A model generated the notes under the pieces. It was not told where the DNA came from. It did no database searches and was given only the letters and a program-made list of their open reading frames with translations. Shown here piece by piece: positions 56,712 through 64,000 of a DNA stretch of 64,000 nucleotides. The DNA is from Planctomycetota bacterium (lineage in GTDB: Bacteria > Planctomycetota > UBA8108 > SXIK01): NCBI GenBank assembly GCA_965223845.1, contig CBDCXR010000004.1, positions 6,624,001-6,688,000 of the forward strand, written 5' to 3'. Numbering within the stretch: the stretch's first letter is position 1; the number at the start of each line of letters is the position of its first letter. The translations under genes and the position numbers were made by a program.

Positions 56712-59700
56712 CCCGGTCGAGCCGCGAGACCTCGATGCCGGACACGCAAGGGATCGACCTCTCGAGGCCCTCGGCACGGAAGAAAACAATGTCGAGAAAA
56801 CCGTCGTCGACCTCCGTGTCGATGACGCGAACGATCGGCTTTCCGAATCCGTGCGCCGCGGGCTCGAACGATTCGATCTCGCGATTGTCTTCCACCGCGA
56901 CGTCAAAGATGCGAGGCCACTTGAGCGCGCGTTCACCCGCGATGAAGTGGAGAGTCACGCGGTACTCTCCCGGCGGGACGGGGATGCCGTAGCCCGGCAG
57001 CCGGGTTCCCTCTTCGTTGAATCGTCGCTCGGTCTGATAGATCGGCCGGTGCTCGAGCTCGATCTGCGGTTCGTTGAGATCCGGAACGTAATCGAGCTCT
57101 CCGCCCCGGAAGAAGCGATCGTAGCTCCAGATCGCATCCTCGCGACGATAGTTGTCGCGCGCGCCGCAGTTGATCCGGAGTGACTTCCCGGCGGCGAGCT
57201 GCTCGAGAAGCCAGTGCGCGTCGCGGGCGGAGTGAGGGAGCTCGGTGAGGTCGACCTCGCCGCGGGGAAATTCAGCGGCGAGTCGCTCGACGTCCATCTC
57301 CGCGTTGAACGCGGCCGCGAGCCATTCGTCCCAAACCGTCTCGCGCTTCGAGTGCCCCGATTCGAGTGCACGACGGAGCTCCGCCTCAGCGCGCGCGTGA
57401 TGTCCTAGCTGGGCGAGAGCATCGGCGAGCCGGAGAAACGGTTCCACATGGGCGGTGTCGGCGGCGAGGACGTCGGCGTACGCCTCGGCGGCGGCGTCCC
57501 AGCGGCTCTCCAGCTCGGCGATGCGGCCTTCGAAGTACTGCACGCGAGGGGTGTCGTCCTCGCGGGCGGCCGCGCGGAACGCAGCGAGCTTCGCGCGAGC
57601 GTCCGCGAGACGCTCGGTGGCAGAGATCTCAACGCTGACGCGGGCGTCTAGATAGAGATCGTCGTCGTCCGGCGCGGCGTTGAGGACGCGTACGGCGATG
57701 ACGTTCTCTCCGGCGCGGAGCCAGTCCGGAGGAATCGGGAGACGGTCGCTATACCAGAGATCGTGCCGGTACTGCGCGACCGCATCCGGCGCGACCGGTG
57801 TCCCCGGTTTACTCTCCAGGCTTCGCACGATCTCCCGGCCGTTCACGCATGCGACGTAGTCGTCGTCCATGCGAAAGTGGACGGCGTATCCTTCGCGACT
57901 CGATGCGTCGTCGAGCGTGAATCGCCACCGGGCGTAGAGCGACGCGGAGTTGCCCCGCATCGCGCTCACGTCCGTTCCGCCCGTCCGGCACTGCGGGTAC
58001 GCGAGGGGCGACGATCCCGTCGCCCAATCGTCGTCGCGGTATTCCGGCTCGATCCAGTTCTCGAGATCTCGGACTGAGTCGCCGATCGCGTAGCGGCACG
58101 TGGCATGCGCGGCGACCGGAAAGCGCGGCGCGTCGATCGCTGCGTCAACGGAGGCGTAACTGACGAGTCGGGGAGCGAGGTGCTCGCGGTCTTGCTCGAT
58201 GAGGGTCGTGATCGCTCGACTATGTGTATCGGTGAGCGAAGCTTTTTCGAGGCGGCGAAGCTGCGCCGCGACGGTGTCCACCTCGCCGAAGGGCTTCCGA
58301 TCTTGAAGGTGGATCTTCGAGTAGACGTGGTAGACGCCGTCGTAGTCGGGCGCGAAGGATTGAACCTTGTGGACTCGTTCGAGCGCCTCGTCGCGACGAT
58401 CCGCTTTGTAAAGAGTCTCCGTCAAGTACTTCCAGGGCGGGCACCAGTTCTCCGTGAGCTCGATGGTTCTCTCGTACGCGGCGATCCGTTCGCTCCGAAG
58501 AGCGGGGTTTCGTTCGTAAACGTTCCCGAGGCGATACCACGCCAGCCAACTGTCCGGATAGCGTTCGAGCGCGCTCTTGTACTCGGAGATCGCCTCGTCC
58601 TTCTTTCTCGCCTTGCGAAGGCACGAACCGAGATTGCACCGAACGAGCTCTCCTTCCATTCCGGCGGCCATCGCCGCGCGGTACTCGTCCGCAGCTTCAG
58701 CGAACATTCGCCGCCGCTCGAGAAGCCACGCGAGGTTGTAATGCGCGGCGGAGAGGGGCGCCGCGCCGCTCGTCGCGCGGCGATAGAGACCTTCTGCGCG
58801 GTGCGACTCGCCTCGCTCTTCGCAGATGGTTCCGAGGTGGTTGAGGGCGACGGATTGCTCCGGCGCGATCGCGAGGCTTCGCTCGAGCTCTGCTTCCGCC
58901 GCGTCGAGGTTTCCTCGCGCTTGGAGGGTTCGCGCGAGGCTGAGGCGCGCGCCGACGAAGCTCGAGTCGAGTCGAATCGCTTCGCGGAGCGACTTCTCCC
59001 CGCTCGCGAACTGTCCTCGGCGGGTGCGAGCGATGCCGGCGCCGACGAGCGCGGTGACGTTCCGCGGATCGCGGCGAGCGACGCTTTGATAGAGTTCGGT
59101 CGCGCGCTCGAGCTCGCCGCTCGCGAGCCGGATGTGCCCTTCGATGAGACTCGCACCGACGAGTCCGGGAGAAGACATCCGAACTTCGCGACAGACGGCG
59201 AGAGCTTCCTCGACCCGGCCGGCAGCGAAGAGCGCCCGTGAACGCTCGAGCTGGGCGGACGGGTCGTCGGAGAATCGTTCGCTCCACGCGACCGCGCGAT
59301 CGACGTCGCCGAGGTTGAGCAGCATCCAGGCGACGCTCCGCACAATCTCGTCCCGGCCCTCCGGCAGCGATCCGTCCGGCGCCACACGCCGGAGCAAGGC
59401 GTCCGCCTCCGTCGGTCGATCGAGGAGAAAGAGCGCCTTCGCGCCGAGGATCACTGGCTCCGCCCAACCATCGCGCAGGTTTTCTGCGGCAGCGAATGCA
59501 CGTGAGGCGATGACCGGGTCGCCGCGCTCGAGCTGCACGCGTCCGTAGTCGACGCGGCTTTGGAGGACGAGAAGATCAAGATCACTCTTCGGCCCCGACT
59601 CAATCGATTGCGCACTCACGGCGCCGAGCGCGGACGCGGCCGCCTCCCAGCGGGAGTCGAGCATCGCCCTCTGTCCGGCGACCCAGTGGCGGAGCCATGC

Positions 59701-61533
59701 GGGACCGGCAGCGAGTGCGCGATCTAGCTCGGCCGCGGCCGCGGTCGCCGCCGACGTGCGCTGGAGCCGAACGAGTGCTTCGTGACGCAGAAACTGCGCC
59801 GGCACGAACCTCCGATCCTTGGTGAGCGCGAGCGACGCGGCGGAATTCGCCGCGGCCGCTCGACCGCTCTCGAGGTGCGTGCGTCCGAGAAAGTAGTGCC
59901 CGATCGGGCGATCCGGCGCGAGGGCGATCGCGGCGCGAAACGAGGTGACGGCGCGTTCGAGCGGATCATCGGCGCCGGGCCACTCGAGCGCTCCCGCTTC
60001 GACGATCTCGGGGTGAGAGCGCAGAATCGGGAACCGATCGCCGAACGGTAGCTCGAGACGGAGCGGGTGGCGCCGTTTCCGATCTTCGAGGATTTCGTCG
60101 ACCGCCATTCTCTCGAGAGTCGCCTCGGGTCGCATTGCGACGCGCGCGAGCTCGGTGATCCCTCGGATCACGTGTCCTTCGTGTTCCGACTGAACTCGGT
60201 CGCGGTGGAGACTCCAGAACTGATTTCCCGCCGCAGCGCCGAGAGCGGCCAGGATCACGGTGAACGCGCCGATCGCGACCCCGACTCGGTGCCGCCGCAG
60301 CCAGTAGCCGATGCGATTCGCGCGCGTGAGGCGCGGCGTCTCACCGGGATCACCGCGCGCGATGCGAACGAGTTCTTCGCGCAGCGCCGCGGCGCTGCGG
60401 AAGCGCTCCGTCGGCTTCTTCCGGAGACACTTCATCGCGACCGCTTCGAGATCCGCCGAGACGTCGGGCGCGAGGCTCCTCACCGGTACGGGATCTTCGC
60501 TCCGGATCTTTCGCAGGGTCTCGAGGTCGTGCCGGCCCTCGAGTGGAGGACGGAGCGTCAGCATCTCGTAGAGCGTCGCACCGAGGCTGTAGATGTCCGA
60601 CGCCTCCTCGGCCGGCTGCGGCGGATCGGCGGCTTGCTCGGGGCTCATATAGAGGACGGTCCCGACGCGCTCGCCCGACTCCGTGAGACCGCTCTCGCCC
60701 TTGACGCGTGCGATTCCGAAGTCGAGGACTCGAAGATCGCCATCGGGACTCACGATGAGATTCGACGGCTTGATGTCGCGGTGCACGATGTCGTGGCTGT
60801 GCGCGTGATCGAGTCCCGCCGCGGCGCCCGCGAACGCGCGCGCGAGCCAGCGGCAGTACGAGTCGTGCGGACTTCGCGCCTCTGTCGGCTCGGCCGGCGA
60901 CCAGCGGCCGCGCGAGTCGTCGGGGAAACGTTCCGTCTCATCGCCCCAAGTCGAGCCCGACGCCTCGAGCTCGGAGAGCACGTGCCGCCGGAACTCCGCG
61001 AGCGATCCTCCGCTCGACGAACCGCAGCGCTCCCCGAGCGTCTTTAGAGTCTCGCCCTCGGCGAGCTCCATCGCGTAGTAGGGAACTCCGCCCGCGACGC
61101 CCCCGGCGAGCACAGAAACCACGTTCGGATGGCGGAGCCGCGCGGCCATGAGGGATTCGCGGCGGAATCGCGCGCGCGCCTTCGGATTCGAAGCGAGCGC
61201 CGCCGGAAGAATCTTGACCGCCGCGTCGCGATCGAGCGAACGCTGTCTCGCGCGGCAGACGATGCCCATTCCGCCCGTGTCGAGGATGCCGAGAATATCG
61301 AAGTCGCCGAGGCGCTCGGGAAGTGGCGGATCTTCGGCGAGCGCGCGGAGCTCCTCGAGGACGTCGAGCTCGTCGGTGAGGTTGCGAGCGGCGTCCGGGT
61401 TCTCGCGCAGAACTCGCGCTAGCTCTCCCGAGCCGGCTCGCGCCCTCAGGTCGAGTAGCTCGGCTAGGCGCAGCGCATCGTCGCGCTTCTCGGCCTCGTC
61501 TTCGGGATCACGAGGAGGATGACGATCGGACAT
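56698..61533 (-). CDS. Hanks-type Ser/Thr kinase - TM - TPR repeats - jelly-roll - TPR - malectin domain
   Basis: GGMGIV, AVKIL, HRDIKPSN, DFG and YMSPEQ; TM VGVAIGAFTVILAALG; C-terminal RINCG...IYQTER...GEYRVTLHF...RIFDV...VSGIEV. Confidence 0.92.
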   Translation of the reverse strand: MSDRHPPRDPEDEAEKRDDALRLAELLDLRARAGSGELARVLRENPDAARNLTDELDVLEELRALAEDPPLPERLGDFDILGILDTGGMGIVCRARQRSLDRDAAVKILPAALASNPKARARFRRESLMAARLRHPNVVSVLAGGVAGGVPYYAMELAEGETLKTLGERCGSSSGGSLAEFRRHVLSELEASGSTWGDETERFPDDSRGRWSPAEPTEARSPHDSYCRWLARAFAGAAAGLDHAHSHDIVHRDIKPSNLIVSPDGDLRVLDFGIARVKGESGLTESGERVGTVLYMSPEQAADPPQPAEEASDIYSLGATLYEMLTLRPPLEGRHDLETLRKIRSEDPVPVRSLAPDVSADLEAVAMKCLRKKPTERFRSAAALREELVRIARGDPGETPRLTRANRIGYWLRRHRVGVAIGAFTVILAALGAAAGNQFWSLHRDRVQSEHEGHVIRGITELARVAMRPEATLERMAVDEILEDRKRRHPLRLELPFGDRFPILRSHPEIVEAGALEWPGADDPLERAVTSFRAAIALAPDRPIGHYFLGRTHLESGRAAAANSAASLALTKDRRFVPAQFLRHEALVRLQRTSAATAAAAELDRALAAGPAWLRHWVAGQRAMLDSRWEAAASALGAVSAQSIESGPKSDLDLLVLQSRVDYGRVQLERGDPVIASRAFAAAENLRDGWAEPVILGAKALFLLDRPTEADALLRRVAPDGSLPEGRDEIVRSVAWMLLNLGDVDRAVAWSERFSDDPSAQLERSRALFAAGRVEEALAVCREVRMSSPGLVGASLIEGHIRLASGELERATELYQSVARRDPRNVTALVGAGIARTRRGQFASGEKSLREAIRLDSSFVGARLSLARTLQARGNLDAAEAELERSLAIAPEQSVALNHLGTICEERGESHRAEGLYRRATSGAAPLSAAHYNLAWLLERRRMFAEAADEYRAAMAAGMEGELVRCNLGSCLRKARKKDEAISEYKSALERYPDSWLAWYRLGNVYERNPALRSERIAAYERTIELTENWCPPWKYLTETLYKADRRDEALERVHKVQSFAPDYDGVYHVYSKIHLQDRKPFGEVDTVAAQLRRLEKASLTDTHSRAITTLIEQDREHLAPRLVSYASVDAAIDAPRFPVAAHATCRYAIGDSVRDLENWIEPEYRDDDWATGSSPLAYPQCRTGGTDVSAMRGNSASLYARWRFTLDDASSREGYAVHFRMDDDYVACVNGREIVRSLESKPGTPVAPDAVAQYRHDLWYSDRLPIPPDWLRAGENVIAVRVLNAAPDDDDLYLDARVSVEISATERLADARAKLAAFRAAAREDDTPRVQYFEGRIAELESRWDAAAEAYADVLAADTAHVEPFLRLADALAQLGHHARAEAELRRALESGHSKRETVWDEWLAAAFNAEMDVERLAAEFPRGEVDLTELPHSARDAHWLLEQLAAGKSLRINCGARDNYRREDAIWSYDRFFRGGELDYVPDLNEPQIELEHRPIYQTERRFNEEGTRLPGYGIPVPPGEYRVTLHFIAGERALKWPRIFDVAVEDNREIESFEPAAHGFGKPIVRVIDTEVDDGFLDIVFFRAEGLERSIPCVSGIEVSRLDRVTDN

Positions 61534-62230
61534 CGCGGTTCCGCCCCGTCCAGCTCGACTTAGCGCTCAGTGAGCGATCGCGCGGAAGGCTGAAGCTGTC
61601 AGTCGGGCCGAATCTCCGCCGCAGCTTCTGAAGGGCTCTTTTGAGGCGCATGGAAGTCGCCTCGCGAGTGAGACCGAGGCGCCGAGCCATCTCATTGACG
61701 GGCAGGTTCTCGATCTGAGTCATCAGGATGAGAGTTCGGTCGGCCTGCGGCAAACCGGCGAGCGCGCGCTCGAGGCGTTCGAATCGCTCCGTCTGCCGGA
61801 TGCGCGTTCCCTCCGTACTCCCTTTACGACGAGTTGGGTAGACCGAATCGTCGAGTTTTTTCGGGTTACCAGGCGCTCGCTTTCCGGTCTTGAAGTAGTG
61901 GCGGTCGTGATTGCGGATGACGTTCTCCGCCACACTCGCCAGCCAGCGGCGGAAGGTCGCGTGGGCCTTCGTTCGCGAGCTGTCGCCTTGCCACTTGAAC
62001 GAATCGATCGCCTTGATGGCCTGAAGGAGCGCATCCTGGACGACGTCCTCGACGGTTTCTCGCGTGCGGAGGCGCGGACCGAGTCGCGCGCGCACGAAGG
62101 CTTCGAGGTGAGGTCTCTGCGCAACGAGGAGTTGCTGCGACGCCGCGCGGTCGCCGTCGACCGCGGCGAGAACGAGTTTTTCTTCGCCGCGATCGTCGTG
62201 TCGCGGAGAAGAACGTGACGACCGTTGCAT
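61508..62230 (-). CDS. ECF RNA polymerase sigma factor
   Basis: AVDGDRAA, VEDVVQDALL, FRRWLASVAENVIRN; region 4 LPQADR...EMARRLG...RALQKLR; overlaps the kinase start. Confidence 0.9.
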   Translation of the reverse strand: MQRSSRSSPRHDDRGEEKLVLAAVDGDRAASQQLLVAQRPHLEAFVRARLGPRLRTRETVEDVVQDALLQAIKAIDSFKWQGDSSRTKAHATFRRWLASVAENVIRNHDRHYFKTGKRAPGNPKKLDDSVYPTRRKGSTEGTRIRQTERFERLERALAGLPQADRTLILMTQIENLPVNEMARRLGLTREATSMRLKRALQKLRRRFGPTDSFSLPRDRSLSAKSSWTGRNRDVRSSSSS

Positions 62231-62638
62231 AGTGGCGTTCTCCTATTCTTGTCGCCCCGATCGATGCGGCAGCGTGCGCGGAGGAGGCGATCCACCGCGA
62301 ACCCAGCCGTTCCCACACTGGGAGAACGGAAGTGCCGGCGCCGTAACGAAAAAACCGCGAGTGACGTCGGCGTGCCCGAGGACGAGATGATAGCCTGGAC
62401 CTCTCACCGGATTCCACTGCGTCACCCTAGCTCGAGGACCGAACATCGGATGCGTCGACGCGCGGATCGCGATGGGGTCTGAGCGCAGCTTCGGTCCGCG
62501 CGGCGCCACTTCCTTGTCAGTTCAGGACTTACAGCCGCTGCGCTCACCGAATCCGATCCGTGGGAGCGGGGCTGCGACAAAGGCGAACCTCGCCCGCGGC
62601 CAACCGGGCAAACCGGAGAGGTCTCCGGAGGCGCGACG

Positions 62639-63571
62639 ATGAGATCGAGCATCATCATTCCGGCGCACAACGAGGGCGAGCTTCTCGCGAAGACGATCGC
62701 GAGCTGTCTCGAGACGACCGCTGATCTCAGCACGGAGATCATCGTGGTCGACGATGCTTCGACGGACGGATGCCTCGACGATGTTCGCGTGCGATTTCCC
62801 TCGATCCGCGTCTACCGTTCGCGGCGGCGACTCGGACCCGGCCCCACTCGCCACCTCGGAGCTCGCAAGGCTCGCGGACGCGTTCTCGTCTTTCTCGACG
62901 GCCACTGTAAGCCGGCGCCGTGCGCGATCGAGCGCCTCGTGACGGACGTCGAGCTCTCGGACGGGGAAACCCTCTTTACTCCGCGCGTGGCCGATCTCGA
63001 TACCGCGAGCTGGGAGGAAGACCTGAGCAGCGTCGGCCACGGGTACGAGATCCAGCTCAAGGATTACTTCGCGCGTTGGGCTCGACGCCGCACCCTCGAG
63101 CGCCGCGGATCGTACTACGTCTCGCCGGCACTCACGAGTTGCGTGCTCGCGATGAGTCGGCGGCTCTACCGACGGGTGCGCGGTTTTGATCGCCACATGC
63201 GCGAGTGGGGCGTCGAAGATCTGGATCTCGGGCTGAAGACTTGGCTCATGGGCTCCGCCATCCTCAACAATCCGATCGCCACCGTGGGCCATCGCTTTCG
63301 GAAAGAAGGCGAGGCGGTCTACCCCGTCGCTCAAGACGCGATCGTGTGCAACCAGATGATCTCGGCGCGAAAGAACCTTACGGACGCGAGTTGGGAGCAC
63401 TGGCAGGCGCGTCTCCGCCGGCACCGCAGCGCAGAGGTCGTCGAAGCGGCGCAGTCTCGGTTCGACCGGGTTCGAGCCGGTGTCGAGCGCGAGCGTCGCT
63501 ACTTGATGCGGAACCGGGCGCGCGACGAGTTCTGGTTCGCGCGCCGGTTTGGGCTCGATTGGCCGGCTTGA
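62639..63571 (+). CDS. GT-A fold glycosyltransferase (GT2/GT27 polypeptide GalNAc-transferase-like)
   Basis: GGAGG RBS; SIIIPAHNE, IIVVDDASTD, VFLDGHC, WGVEDLDLGLKTW and VGHRFRK motifs. Confidence 0.88.
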   Translation: MRSSIIIPAHNEGELLAKTIASCLETTADLSTEIIVVDDASTDGCLDDVRVRFPSIRVYRSRRRLGPGPTRHLGARKARGRVLVFLDGHCKPAPCAIERLVTDVELSDGETLFTPRVADLDTASWEEDLSSVGHGYEIQLKDYFARWARRRTLERRGSYYVSPALTSCVLAMSRRLYRRVRGFDRHMREWGVEDLDLGLKTWLMGSAILNNPIATVGHRFRKEGEAVYPVAQDAIVCNQMISARKNLTDASWEHWQARLRRHRSAEVVEAAQSRFDRVRAGVERERRYLMRNRARDEFWFARRFGLDWPA

Positions 63572-63592
63572 CCGATCGTCGACATCGTCCGA

Positions 63593-63880
63593 TCAGGTTC
63601 CGAGCGCGTAACCGACGAGCAACCCGAGTGCGAGTCCGACGACGAGTCCGACGAGGCCGCCGATGATCGCCCCCTGCAGGAAGGCGCATTTGCACTTCTC
63701 GGCGCACTCGGCGAGGCCGCACTTTTTCCCGCGCTCGAACTCCTCGTCCGATGCAGTCGTCGAATCGCCGCCGCCGTCGTCGGAACCGGCCGAGCTCGTC
63801 GACGTCGTATGATCGCCGCCGCCCGATCGTCCGCTGCCGTGTTCCCCGTGTCCCTCTGATCGTTCCGCGCTGTGCGCCAT
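63593..63880 (-). CDS. Small Ser/Thr/Gly-rich protein with Cys cluster and C-terminal glycine-zipper TM helix
   Basis: AAGGAG RBS before ATG 63880; 95 aa; ends GAIIGGLVGLVVGLALGLLVGYALGT. Confidence 0.72.
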   Translation of the reverse strand: MAHSAERSEGHGEHGSGRSGGGDHTTSTSSAGSDDGGGDSTTASDEEFERGKKCGLAECAEKCKCAFLQGAIIGGLVGLVVGLALGLLVGYALGT

Positions 63881-64000
63881 GGTGTTCTCCTTCTCTGCCT
63901 CGTACGCGCCGAGAGCCCGCGCAAGATTTGAATTCGGCCGGAGATCGGGTCCGCTCGAACGCCCGTTCGATCGCGAGTCCTCGACCATTCGTTCCGAATC

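Noticed and set aside
62231-62638. ncRNA or tRNA in the long intergenic gaps (also 43868-44256)
   Set aside because: No cloverleaf or recognisable conserved structure by eye; a covariance-model search would be needed.
1-64000. Very frequent TCGA, CGCG and GATC tetramers
   Set aside because: Uniform across the window and consistent with codon usage (CTC GAG, ATC GAC), so not a local signal.

Overview
High-GC bacterial DNA, probably Planctomycetota (inferred from the dockerin-like C-terminal tags, the ECF sigma/Ser-Thr kinase pair and the TonB system). There are three blocks. (1) 1-17.1 kb looks like a phosphate-starvation locus: the end of a TonB-dependent receptor, a TonB2/TtpC-type energiser operon, an atypical PhoB/OmpR-family regulator lacking its phosphorylation residues, a small lipoprotein and pstSCAB. 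Three intergenic arrays of 11-bp-periodic TTCAC-like direct repeats (Pho-box-like) tie these units together. (2) 17.4-56.7 kb encodes eight predicted secreted proteins carrying the same Cys-containing dockerin-like domain: four tandem ~1,460-aa beta-helix paralogs, a beta-propeller/di-heme protein, a two-headed Kazal inhibitor, a ~2,870-aa SBBP/IPT protein and a zinc metalloprotease. A POT peptide transporter and a ceramidase-like hydrolase are interspersed. (3) 56.7-64 kb has an ECF sigma factor coupled to a kinase-TPR-malectin receptor, a polypeptide-GalNAc-transferase-like glycosyltransferase and a Ser/Thr-rich tail-anchored protein. A pyrimidine-rich ~30-50 bp repeat occurs four times between convergent genes. 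No rRNA, tRNA, CRISPR array or transposase was recognised. All domain calls are by eye from motifs, with no database search; several start codons were moved from the ORF track using RBS or stop/start overlaps.
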